A stretch of 64,000 bases of DNA, taken from contig JAHFKK010000001.1 of NCBI GenBank assembly GCA_023245335.1, positions 619,282 through 683,281 on the forward strand. The letters are read 5' to 3'. Shown piece by piece: positions 49,419 through 58,890 of the stretch. Origin of the DNA: Candidatus Gottesmanbacteria bacterium. Its GTDB lineage: Bacteria > Patescibacteriota > Microgenomatia > UBA10105 > UBA927. The position numbers and the translations under genes were made by a program. Under the pieces are notes generated by a model. The model saw nothing but the letters and a program-made list of their open reading frames with translations, did no database searches and was not told the DNA's origin. Within the stretch, counting starts at the first letter, position 1; each line of letters opens with the position of its first letter.

Positions 49419-50699
49419 ATGATTATGCGAGCAAAAAGACCTCATATTGGCAATCGAAATGATAAAATAAACCAGCCCCGACCTCTAAATAAAAATACTT
49501 CAGTCGTATTCGCAACATTCTCACTTCATATTCGAGGGAGAAGATTATCTAATAACGGCAACGTAGAGCCGTTACGAGATTTTCTCATCTCAAGGATTAA
49601 AAGGTTTGTGTTAATAGAACAACCTCTTCCTGGAAGCGATTACGTCATGCCCAAAATAGCAGTTTATGAGCACAACAGACTTGCAAAATTAACACGTTCT
49701 TCTTGGTGGCTATACATTCTCTATCCCTTATTGTCTTTGACTAATGCGAATGGAACCCAAGTCAGCTTTAAGATAAGGGATTTTTTAGCGGTACTTGATT
49801 GGTGCCTGCGAGAAAAATCTAAGATTGATTATATGATCGGAATGGAGTCTATCAATACGCTCGCAGGGATTATTTTACGGAAATTCAACATTGTCCGTAA
49901 AGTAGTCTATTATGAATTTGACTACTCCCCGAAGCGATATACACAGTCCTGGTTTAATTGGATTTATTTACAACTTGATAAATTTTGCGCTACTCACGCT
50001 GATTATATCTGGGAAGTATCGAAAGCAATGCATACCGCTCGAATAGACGCGGGATTTACTCCTCATAAGTCCGCATCAGTGATACATGTTCCTATCGGCC
50101 TTTACCCGCAGCAAATAAAAAACGTTCCAGAGCATATGAATAGGATGTTTAAGTTAGTATATATGGGAACGTTGGGGACCGATAACGGCCCTGAACTGGC
50201 GATAGAATCAATCCCAATTATCGCAAGGAAATTTCCTTCAGTTTGTCTCTACATCATAGGGGACGATAACAACAATCTAGTGAGGCTTACGGCTATAGTA
50301 CGAAGTCTGAAGATTGAACGAAATGTCAAATTTATGGGCCTCATGACTAATAGAGAAGAAATAGCAACTTTGATGAGTCGTATGTATATAGCGTTGGCCC
50401 CGTATAGGGCAATTTCTGGGTCGCCAAGATACTATGCCGACTCAAGTAAAATTCGTGCTTATTTTGGTGCAGGTTTACCCGTGATCACAACTGCAGTTCC
50501 GCCGTTGGGGATAGAGGCAGCTAAAAAGGGTGCGGCCCTCATAGTGAAAGACGACGCCCAAGATATCGCCCAAGCCGTAATAAAGCTTTTTACTAACCAT
50601 AAGAGATATTCCGACATGAGAAATAAAGCAGTTGAATTTGCCAAAGACAATACGTTCGAAAAAGGGTTTACACGCGCATTTTCCCAAATGACATTGTAA
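49419..50699 (+). CDS. GT4-like glycosyltransferase
   Basis: Start revised to ATG 49419. Motifs YEFDYSPKRY, YMGTLG, YADSSKIRAYFGAGLP. Confidence 0.82.
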   Translation: MIMRAKRPHIGNRNDKINQPRPLNKNTSVVFATFSLHIRGRRLSNNGNVEPLRDFLISRIKRFVLIEQPLPGSDYVMPKIAVYEHNRLAKLTRSSWWLYILYPLLSLTNANGTQVSFKIRDFLAVLDWCLREKSKIDYMIGMESINTLAGIILRKFNIVRKVVYYEFDYSPKRYTQSWFNWIYLQLDKFCATHADYIWEVSKAMHTARIDAGFTPHKSASVIHVPIGLYPQQIKNVPEHMNRMFKLVYMGTLGTDNGPELAIESIPIIARKFPSVCLYIIGDDNNNLVRLTAIVRSLKIERNVKFMGLMTNREEIATLMSRMYIALAPYRAISGSPRYYADSSKIRAYFGAGLPVITTAVPPLGIEAAKKGAALIVKDDAQDIAQAVIKLFTNHKRYSDMRNKAVEFAKDNTFEKGFTRAFSQMTL

Positions 50700-50711
50700 A
50701 ATAACAAATAT

Positions 50712-51599
50712 ATGAAGAAAGTTTTTGATTACGAAGAAACATTTATGGGGCTCACACCCGACAGATCCCCAGGTTTGGACAGAAGAATATATCAATACGA
50801 TCATAGGTTTAGGAAATTTGTTGACACCGTAAAATTAGCAAAAGGCAGAATAATCGATGTGGGTTGTGGGGGAGGCTCATTTATAGAAAGTCTGGCTAAT
50901 TATTATCCAAACGTACACATGTACGGCTGTGATATAAGTAAAAAAGCTATTTTTTACGCAAAAAAAACCGGCAGCGGGAAGGTTAACTATGGTGTGATTC
51001 GCAATGGTAAATTTCCTTATAAAGACGATTTTTTTGATGTGTTGATATGCGTAGATGTCTTGGAACATGTTCCGGACGTACATTTTTTTCTTAATGAAGT
51101 CCGGCGAGTGCTTAAGAAGAAAGGATTATTCTACCTGGCGGTTCCTTGTGAAGGAGAACCTCTGACTTATACGTGGTTCTTGCAAAAGATCGGTATCGGA
51201 GACAAACTAACGTTTAAACATTTTGGGCATATTCATCCGGAATTTACGCACCGATTTGTACGTAAACTACTTAACCAGCATAAGCTAAAGATAGTGGATA
51301 CTTCTTACGATATGCACTTTTTATCCCAAGTATTTATGCTGTTGCAATATTTTCTACCTAAGGAATTGCTTAATGTTGTATTGGGCAACAATAGGGCTGC
51401 TAAATACTATGATAAGTCGGTAGTGATAGCTGAAAATCAAAAAAAGCTGCAAAAGGATCCAATTTATATCTTTAGAGAAGTCTGGTTTGGAATTTGGAGG
51501 ATGTTGAGCCCGGTCAGCTTATTTGAATTCATTTTATTTAATAAAGTAAGTATCACAAGCTGGAGATTGCTTGCTCTCTCTCAAAAGCTTGAGAAATAA
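50712..51599 (+). CDS. Class I SAM-dependent methyltransferase
   Basis: IIDVGCGGG, FPYKDDFFD, DVLEHVPD and GHIH motifs. Confidence 0.87.
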   Translation: MKKVFDYEETFMGLTPDRSPGLDRRIYQYDHRFRKFVDTVKLAKGRIIDVGCGGGSFIESLANYYPNVHMYGCDISKKAIFYAKKTGSGKVNYGVIRNGKFPYKDDFFDVLICVDVLEHVPDVHFFLNEVRRVLKKKGLFYLAVPCEGEPLTYTWFLQKIGIGDKLTFKHFGHIHPEFTHRFVRKLLNQHKLKIVDTSYDMHFLSQVFMLLQYFLPKELLNVVLGNNRAAKYYDKSVVIAENQKKLQKDPIYIFREVWFGIWRMLSPVSLFEFILFNKVSITSWRLLALSQKLEK

Positions 51600-51613
51600 T
51601 ACCAAGTGGGAAA

Positions 51614-54600
51614 ATGATTAAATATTGGACCAAATATAAAGAAATTTTCTTCCTTCTACTGATAAGTTTAATTCCCCTTTTGTGGTATGGGACCGGATCC
51701 CACCAGCTCATATTTAGTAATGACGTCGGTTATAATTTAAACCCGGTCGGATTATTCAAATCTAAATTGTTCGCGTGGGAAAGCACATTGAATTTCGGCT
51801 CCACCCAGGCGGAATTAACTGGTTTCATTCCCAATTTCAGTATAGAGGCTCTTCTGACGTTATTAAGTCATTCCGTTTTTAACGCTCAAAAAATATACGT
51901 CGTAAGTTGGTTTTTCACAATTATGATTGTCATGTATTGGTTTGTGAAAAAGATTCCGGTGTTTGCCAACAAACCCTATATGGCGTTTATGGCGGCTGTG
52001 CTCTTCGGTATAAATCATTTTCAGCTTTACGCCTGGAGAATATTTTGGAGAGGCTTATTTTCAACCTATGTGACCCTGCCGATATTTTTTATTTTATTGA
52101 CTGAATATTTTGAGGAGAGAAGAAGTCTTATACGGACGTCAATTTTTATTTCGCTTACATTATTTTTATTTAACGGCGGTGGATCTCCTCCGACATTTGG
52201 TGCCCTTATTTTATTGGTGCTGACTCTAGTTTTGTACTATTTCCTTTCCGGATTATTGCATAAGAGTGCTATACATTTCCTGAAGAAATGTACACTTCTT
52301 TTCATTGTCGCCGGGCTGTTCACGTTTTTAATTTCCTCATATTGGTTACTTCCATACATTTATTACGCGAAAAATTCTTATTCAACGATTGTTAGCGGGA
52401 TCGGGGGCGTGTTGCAGACACTGGCCTGGACTGACGTTGTGAGCGCTAACACGAGCATTTTAAATCTATTGAGAGCGAGCGGTACTGCTTTATGGGGTGC
52501 GGATGTGGCAGGATATGCACAGGTTTATTCTCAGAACCCGTTTTTCATTATTCTAAGCTATCTGGCGCCGGTATTAGCGCTGTCAGCAATTATCGTAGCC
52601 AAAAAAAGCAGCGAGAGGAAATACATTTATATATTTTCCGTATTTGTAGTCATTGCTGTGCTTTTTTCCGCCGGAACGCATGCTCCGTTGAGAGGATTTT
52701 ATGTGTTTTTACTGAAAACAATACCTGGGTATGTTATTTTTCGGTCTCCGATTTGGAAATTCGGCGGGTTATTATGGTTTTCATATGCAGTTTTAATCTC
52801 ATTTACTATTAGCACCTTCAAAGAACGGATATACGCGTATTCTGATCGAATGAAGGAGGTGAAAAAATTGATTTCACATCTCATTCCCGTAATGTTTCTA
52901 GTAATAGTTTTTGGCTACAATTTTCCATTTTTCAATGGAAATTTTTATAAGTGGAATGTGGGATTAGATATTATGGAGGAAATCCCCCAGTATGTTTTGG
53001 ATTTTGGAAAGTGGGTAGATACAAATCTAAATGACGACTCAAGAACATTACTTTTGCCCGATTTGAATACTAATTGGAGAGCTGAGGCGTATAAGTGGGG
53101 TTATTGGAGTTTAGGTCCTGCGACTTATTACGTAACAACGAAGAATACTCTCACAAACGAATCTAGCCTGATTAATAAAGAACCGCCAATAGTAGATAGT
53201 TTATATGCTGCGTTACGAAACAATGACCCCATCTGGCTAAATTTGGCTAAATTACTGAATGTCCGGTACCTGCTTTTACAAAACGATTTTTTTTACAATT
53301 TAAGTTGGCAACCTACCACACCCCCGTCGGTTTATAAGAGTATTCTCACAAACAGTAAGGACGTAGCACCGCTACAGACATTTGCCGAATGGGAATTATA
53401 TAAAGTAACGGGTAATACAACGCCGATTATATATACACCGACGGTACTAAATTTCGCCGGAACGGACGGGACTGCAATAAAAGACATATTGGAAATTAAT
53501 AGCAATAGGAGCCTTAGCGCAAGGCCGCTTATCGTATTCTTGGATGACTCCATAACAGACAAAGTGAAAAACAATCTTCCTGAGGGAAATAATGTAATAA
53601 TTCAGGCCAAGTGCGTATTGTGTAAACCTGAAGAAATTACTAGCGTGACAAATAGCATCTTTTCAGAAATACCCTATGCAAGTTTACTTCCCGATTCAGT
53701 CTTTTATTTTTATATTTCATGGAAGGAAGATAGGATGCTCAAAAATACCAGTAACTTTGCCGACCAAAGAATCGATGTCGACTTAGCCCTTGCGGACAAG
53801 CGTCTGTCAGAAATAAATCAGTTAATAAGCAGGAAGGATAGATCAGGATCGAACGATTTAATTAAACTTACCGCTCAGAGATATAGTAATTTACTTGCAG
53901 ATATTATGCGTCAGCAAACGAACCTTTCAGAAAGTGCAAGAAATGACTATCTTGTTCGTATTTTGGAATACCTAGAAGCGCAAAGAAGATATATACGTGA
54001 GATTAGTGATCAAAACATGATTTCTAAATTGATACCGGATCTATCATATTCTATTTTAAGGGCGACACAGGAAATTAAAACAAATGTATGGATGACAAAT
54101 GAGGAGAATGACCAAAAGTTTACCGTTAACTTAGACAAGGCTGATAATTATTCCTTAACTATCTCGAACAATAAGGGCAAGCAGACAAGCGTTTTTATCG
54201 ACGGCAATCGACAAACCGCCGAAGATACTGTTTTTTTAACGCAGGGTGTTCATCAGGTGGAATTAAGGAGTCCCAATGATAATCTGGTTGATAGTCAGCA
54301 CGCAACATCTAGCGGTCAATATGATCTCAACTATGGGGAAAAAGTAAGTTTCCCCGTTTCGGGATTCTCCGGTCAAAATACTTATCAAATCAAGTTTAAT
54401 TATAGAATCATTCAGGGAAAAGCTCCGAGTGTCATTCTTCACCAGGACAATGATGAGAAAAGTATCGGGACGGATTTGTCATCCGATAACAGTCTGAAAG
54501 ATGATGGAAAGTGGAATAATTTTACAAAGGTTTTTTCATCTAATGTAGATGCAAAATCTGGCGTTATAGATATTATAAAAATGGGTTTTGATAACAGCGA

Positions 54601-55141
54601 AAGTATATTTGAAATTAGTAATCTGACCGTTAATGAAATGGTAACGCCGCAATTGCTTTTCGTTCGAAAATCAGGTGGGTCTAGTCTTTATGCTCCACGA
54701 ATCACTTTCCAAAAACTTAGCCCAATCAGATATAGAGTCCATGTCGAAAACGCCACAGCTCCATATTTCTTAAATTTTGGCGAGCAGTTTGACAGGTCTT
54801 GGGAGATATATATGAAGAACTCTCAACCCCTCTCTCTGAGGGACGGTCATTTTACCTCGTATTTTAATGGTGATGTTAAAGAAATACGTCCGCAAAATAT
54901 TTTTCTTGACAGAGAACTTTTTACCGATGTGATGTCGAAAGCATCAGGCGGAAATTTTCATTTCCAGACCAACGGATTTGGTAACGGTTGGTACATTACT
55001 AAAATAGGAACCTATGACATAAGTATTGTGTATTGGCCTCAAGTATTTTATTATTTTGGCATTATTATTTCCGGAATAATACTTTTAATAAGTCTCGCGA
55101 TTTTATTTAAACTAAACAAATTAAATGATAAACAAAATTAA
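51614..55141 (+). CDS. Large AftD/DUF3367-like GT-C membrane protein with extended extracytoplasmic domains
   Basis: ~12 N-terminal TM with FSNDV and IPGYVIFRSPIWKF; LNVRYLLLQND; helical LLPDSVFY...LADKRLSE segment; beta-rich domains; NGFGNGW; YWPQ plus C-terminal TM. Confidence 0.72.
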   Translation: MIKYWTKYKEIFFLLLISLIPLLWYGTGSHQLIFSNDVGYNLNPVGLFKSKLFAWESTLNFGSTQAELTGFIPNFSIEALLTLLSHSVFNAQKIYVVSWFFTIMIVMYWFVKKIPVFANKPYMAFMAAVLFGINHFQLYAWRIFWRGLFSTYVTLPIFFILLTEYFEERRSLIRTSIFISLTLFLFNGGGSPPTFGALILLVLTLVLYYFLSGLLHKSAIHFLKKCTLLFIVAGLFTFLISSYWLLPYIYYAKNSYSTIVSGIGGVLQTLAWTDVVSANTSILNLLRASGTALWGADVAGYAQVYSQNPFFIILSYLAPVLALSAIIVAKKSSERKYIYIFSVFVVIAVLFSAGTHAPLRGFYVFLLKTIPGYVIFRSPIWKFGGLLWFSYAVLISFTISTFKERIYAYSDRMKEVKKLISHLIPVMFLVIVFGYNFPFFNGNFYKWNVGLDIMEEIPQYVLDFGKWVDTNLNDDSRTLLLPDLNTNWRAEAYKWGYWSLGPATYYVTTKNTLTNESSLINKEPPIVDSLYAALRNNDPIWLNLAKLLNVRYLLLQNDFFYNLSWQPTTPPSVYKSILTNSKDVAPLQTFAEWELYKVTGNTTPIIYTPTVLNFAGTDGTAIKDILEINSNRSLSARPLIVFLDDSITDKVKNNLPEGNNVIIQAKCVLCKPEEITSVTNSIFSEIPYASLLPDSVFYFYISWKEDRMLKNTSNFADQRIDVDLALADKRLSEINQLISRKDRSGSNDLIKLTAQRYSNLLADIMRQQTNLSESARNDYLVRILEYLEAQRRYIREISDQNMISKLIPDLSYSILRATQEIKTNVWMTNEENDQKFTVNLDKADNYSLTISNNKGKQTSVFIDGNRQTAEDTVFLTQGVHQVELRSPNDNLVDSQHATSSGQYDLNYGEKVSFPVSGFSGQNTYQIKFNYRIIQGKAPSVILHQDNDEKSIGTDLSSDNSLKDDGKWNNFTKVFSSNVDAKSGVIDIIKMGFDNSESIFEISNLTVNEMVTPQLLFVRKSGGSSLYAPRITFQKLSPIRYRVHVENATAPYFLNFGEQFDRSWEIYMKNSQPLSLRDGHFTSYFNGDVKEIRPQNIFLDRELFTDVMSKASGGNFHFQTNGFGNGWYITKIGTYDISIVYWPQVFYYFGIIISGIILLISLAILFKLNKLNDKQN

Positions 55142-55493
55142 TACATCATATAAACACGTCCTAGCGTATCTTGATACGTATCATGTTAAGTTTATATTTA
55201 TTATATTGAGCGTGTTAATGTTGGACGCGGTATATAAAATACCATACATTAATATTTTTTTCTCTCAGGAGCTGTTTTTTTTGCTCGAGTGGATCATTAT
55301 CATTAATGTATTAGAATTTTCTCATAATGTCTCGTTCTATATGGCTCTATTACTATTGGGTTTTGCCATGTTACTTATGATTACAAAAAGTGATCAGACC
55401 GCCGAAAAAATGGGGAATTTTGCTTTTATCGTATTTACGGTCGGCCTCGGGCAGGCTATTTGGTCTAATTTAAGAAAGGCTCCGGTGCTGTAA
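55125..55493 (+). CDS. Small ~4-TM membrane protein
   Basis: 122 aa, hydrophobic; overlaps the upstream stop; TAEKMGNFAF motif. Confidence 0.75.
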   Translation: MINKINTSYKHVLAYLDTYHVKFIFIILSVLMLDAVYKIPYINIFFSQELFFLLEWIIIINVLEFSHNVSFYMALLLLGFAMLLMITKSDQTAEKMGNFAFIVFTVGLGQAIWSNLRKAPVL

Positions 55494-55690
55494 TTTTCTC
55501 TTTTGTTTCTGTTCCTTTTAGTATCCTACTTCCTGATATGCATCCAGAACGAAGTTTTAAGTAGGCGGTCATCAGCTTGTTCGACTCGTACTTCTTCATT
55601 TTCGAAATGAATATAATATCGCAGATAATTGCATTATGTCATATACTTTATCGTATCAATTGTCTCGACACGAACATTTAGGGTAATCAT

Positions 55691-57751
55691 ATGAATCTGG
55701 TTATGAAAAAATTGTTATTAGTTTCAATATTTATTTTAGGTTTTCTTTTCCTGTTTTCTGGGATGGGCGTACACACGTCAGGAGATTGGCTATACCTGTA
55801 TCCGGAAACGGCAAAACAATTTTTGTTGACTCCAACGGTTTGGACATCACACTCCGGTCTGCTCGGAGGAGCGAACCTTTTTGTTACCGGGTTAGATTGG
55901 CTTTATAGTGCCTCCTCGAAAATTTTCCTCGTAGACCTTCATTTATCATGGTCTTTAATTGAACGATTACTTTGGTTTCTTCCGTTGTGGCTAATTGGGG
56001 CTGTCGGATCTGTCCGGTTCAGTAATAGGTTCAGTTCATCAGTCTTTGTATATCTTAGTTTACTATTTGTGTTTAACACGTATTTTCTTATGATTACCGG
56101 GGGAGGTCAGATGGGTGTGGCCTGGGGTTATGCGCTCGTACCGTGGGTATTAGACGGATTCTTTAATTTGTTCGATGCGCTTCGGATCAATTTGAAACAT
56201 TTATGGCACAAAACATATTTGGTGGCGATCGTATTTGGTATACAATTATTTTTTGATGCACGGATGGCGTACCTGACGCTGTTCGTAGTCGGTCTATATC
56301 TCATCTGGTTATTTGTAATTCGGGAGGCAGATAGATCTTTTCTCCTGCGTTGCTTGATAAGTTCTTTTATATTTGCGATTTCTGTTATCGGATTACATGC
56401 TTTTTGGCTGCTCCCGTTTATAAAATTTCCGGTTTCAATATCAGAATCGCTGGGTTCTGTATATACTTCTATAGATGCAGTTAAATTCTTCAGTTTTGCG
56501 GACTTTTCTCATGCGCTATCTCTCTTACATCCAAATTGGCCGGAAGATATTTTTGGAAAAACGTACTTTCTGCAGCCCGAGTTTCTTCTTCTTCCAATAA
56601 TTGCGTTTTCAGCTCTTTTATTTATTCGTGATAATTCCAAGGATAAGTGGCAGGAAATACAGATTCGTTTCTTCGCGATTCTCGCTATAGTCGGAGCCTT
56701 TTTGGCAAAAGGTACAAATCCACCGTTTGGCGGCCTATATGTATGGCTCTTTAACAGTATCCCGGGATTTGTCATGTTTCGAGACCCGACGAAGTTTTAT
56801 CTATTTATAGCCTTATCCTACTCAGTATTAATACCGTATGCATGTGCGCATATAAGTCAGGTAGTTTACACAGCCCTGAAACGCTCTGGTACACACATTC
56901 CGTTGCGAGTTCTGGCGGTTGGCGTTTTCGCCTTCTTTATCATAGGTTGGTCATATTTGCATAGAGAGTTATTACTTGGACGGCTTGGAGGTACGTTTAG
57001 ATCACAGGTTGTTCCGGTGGAATATATCCAACTGAAAGATTTTTTGACAGCAGATCTATCATACAAGCGTGTATTATGGGTGCCCTCAAAAAGCAGATTT
57101 GGGTTTTATTCTGATGATAAACCGGGTATATCGCTTCAAGCTATCAACGTAGCGAGCTCATCGTCGTTTATTTCCTGGATATCCGATCAGAAGCATGATG
57201 AAGAGCTTGCAAGGTATTCGGTTGCGTATATCGTTGTGCCGACGGATCCGCAGTCGGAATTATTTGTTAGTGATCGGAAATATGATCGTCAACTTCGGTT
57301 GTCAGTAATAAAGGCAATAGACGCGACCGGGAGATTCACACGCGTTACTTCGATACCTGACATTGCGGTTTACAAATCGAATAAATATTATGGGCACGCG
57401 TTTTGGGCTAATGATCCCAACATACCTGTCGTAATCAATCGTATAGAACCGACACATTACACGGTATCCATACCAAATCACAAGTCCTTAGAAGATTTAA
57501 TATTTTCCGAGTCGTTCGATCCTTACTGGGAGTTAATTATCAATGGTACTCGGATACGCCCGGTAAAAACAGTAGATGGTCTTCAGCAATATCGCCTTCA
57601 GGGCGGTGTGTATGGCCAGGCGATTATATATTACCGACCGCAGGGTTTTGAGTCCGTCGGGTTATGGATTTCAGGCATCACTCTTTTGACCATTGTCGTA
57701 TGGATTGGGTATGATAGTGTTATCTTATGGCACAAAAAGCGTGCGTCGTGA
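55691..57751 (+). CDS. AftD/DUF3367-like GT-C membrane protein (shorter relative of 51614)
   Basis: SGDW, HPNWPE, KGTNPPFG, IPGFVMFRDPTKF, FSESFDPYW and YRPQ motifs plus C-terminal TM. Confidence 0.72.
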   Translation: MNLVMKKLLLVSIFILGFLFLFSGMGVHTSGDWLYLYPETAKQFLLTPTVWTSHSGLLGGANLFVTGLDWLYSASSKIFLVDLHLSWSLIERLLWFLPLWLIGAVGSVRFSNRFSSSVFVYLSLLFVFNTYFLMITGGGQMGVAWGYALVPWVLDGFFNLFDALRINLKHLWHKTYLVAIVFGIQLFFDARMAYLTLFVVGLYLIWLFVIREADRSFLLRCLISSFIFAISVIGLHAFWLLPFIKFPVSISESLGSVYTSIDAVKFFSFADFSHALSLLHPNWPEDIFGKTYFLQPEFLLLPIIAFSALLFIRDNSKDKWQEIQIRFFAILAIVGAFLAKGTNPPFGGLYVWLFNSIPGFVMFRDPTKFYLFIALSYSVLIPYACAHISQVVYTALKRSGTHIPLRVLAVGVFAFFIIGWSYLHRELLLGRLGGTFRSQVVPVEYIQLKDFLTADLSYKRVLWVPSKSRFGFYSDDKPGISLQAINVASSSSFISWISDQKHDEELARYSVAYIVVPTDPQSELFVSDRKYDRQLRLSVIKAIDATGRFTRVTSIPDIAVYKSNKYYGHAFWANDPNIPVVINRIEPTHYTVSIPNHKSLEDLIFSESFDPYWELIINGTRIRPVKTVDGLQQYRLQGGVYGQAIIYYRPQGFESVGLWISGITLLTIVVWIGYDSVILWHKKRAS

Positions 57752-58668
57752 CGGGAGGGGCGGGATTTATCGGAAGTCATTTAGTCGATGCCTTACTTGA
57801 GAAAGGGTATCGTGTTATCGTCCTTGATAATCTCCTCACAGGGAAAGAAGACAATCTTTCCGAGGCCAAAAAGAATCCTCAGTTTACCTTCATCCGACAT
57901 GATGTAACTCAGACGCTTCCGGATATGGGAACCGTCGATTATATATATCATTTGGCCTCTCCTGCTTCGGTCGTCGATTATCAAAAGTTTGCGGAGGAAA
58001 CGGCATTAGTCAACTCGGTCGGCACACGTCTCATGCTGGAATATGCAAAAAATCATCATGCCCGTTTCTTATTTACGTCAACCAGCGAAGTCTACGGGGA
58101 TCCCAAAGAGCACCCTCAAAGTGAGTCGTACTGGGGCAACGTCAATCCCAACGGCGTCAGGAGCTGTTATGACGAGTCCAAACGGTACGGTGAGATGATG
58201 ACGATGCTCTACTATCGGAAATACAAGACAGATGTCCGGATTATTCGTATTTTTAACACCTACGGGCCAAGACTCAAGAAAGACGATGGTCGCGTCGTAT
58301 CCAATTTTATCAATCAGGCGTTGACGGGGGAGCCTCTCACCATCTACGGAAACGGGTCGCAGACGCGGTCGCCGTGCTACGTCAGTGATATGGTCTCCGG
58401 TCTTATCGCCGCGATGGAGAACGATGCCGCAACAGGCGAGGTAATCAATATCGGTAATCCCGAAGAATACACCATGATAGATCTTGCGAATAAAGTGAAG
58501 GCGATGACCGGCTCACAATCGGAAATAGTATACCTTGAATTGCCTGTTGATGACCCGACCAGGAGACGGCCTGATATAGCTAAGGCCATGAGAATTTTGG
58601 GTTGGAAGCCGACGGTTACCTTCGATGAAGGCCTCAAAAAGACGGTCGAGTATTATAAAAGTACATGA
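57727..58668 (+). CDS. uxs: UDP-glucuronate decarboxylase (UDP-xylose synthase)
   Basis: TGGAGFIG, HLASPAS, STSEVYGDP, YWGNVNP.G.RSCYDESKR, DGRVVSNF and DDP.RR.PDI motifs. Confidence 0.9.
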   Translation: MAQKACVVTGGAGFIGSHLVDALLEKGYRVIVLDNLLTGKEDNLSEAKKNPQFTFIRHDVTQTLPDMGTVDYIYHLASPASVVDYQKFAEETALVNSVGTRLMLEYAKNHHARFLFTSTSEVYGDPKEHPQSESYWGNVNPNGVRSCYDESKRYGEMMTMLYYRKYKTDVRIIRIFNTYGPRLKKDDGRVVSNFINQALTGEPLTIYGNGSQTRSPCYVSDMVSGLIAAMENDAATGEVINIGNPEEYTMIDLANKVKAMTGSQSEIVYLELPVDDPTRRRPDIAKAMRILGWKPTVTFDEGLKKTVEYYKST

Positions 58669-58886
58669 AACTTCAGGATGTCCTCTTTTTGGTCACACTC
58701 GCGGTGCTTTTGTGGGTCAGGAAGCCCCGGTTGATGGCCTGGGCGGGAATCGGAAGTCTCGTTTTGGCGATTCCGCTTTTTGCACTCCGCATATTTTTCA
58801 CGGCAGAGCGGCTGACCTGGTACGCCGCCGCATTTTTTGGCTTTTTCATCCTTATTTCATACTTCAGGCCCCATACGGTACAATAA
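58665..58886 (+). CDS. Small ~3-TM membrane protein
   Basis: 73 aa; ATGA overlap with uxs; FFTAERLTWYA motif. Confidence 0.78.
   Translation: MKLQDVLFLVTLAVLLWVRKPRLMAWAGIGSLVLAIPLFALRIFFTAERLTWYAAAFFGFFILISYFRPHTVQ
58879..58884 (+). promoter_or_regulatory. -10 box (TACAAT), leaderless-type
   Basis: 6 nt before ATG 58891. Confidence 0.55.
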
Positions 58887-58890
58887 CAGC

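Larger units (their letters stand above)
43757..57750. other. AT-rich glycan-modification cassette (probable horizontal acquisition)
   Basis: Sampled 60-nt lines give ~23-28% GC (44041, 55141) versus ~47-50% outside (22021, 32341). Boundaries are estimated by eye. Confidence 0.7.

Noticed and set aside
55494-55690. ~200-nt AT-rich gap as a small gene, ncRNA or IS remnant
   Set aside because: Only a 44-aa minus-strand ORF and short fragments are present, with no motifs, inverted repeats or stable structure.
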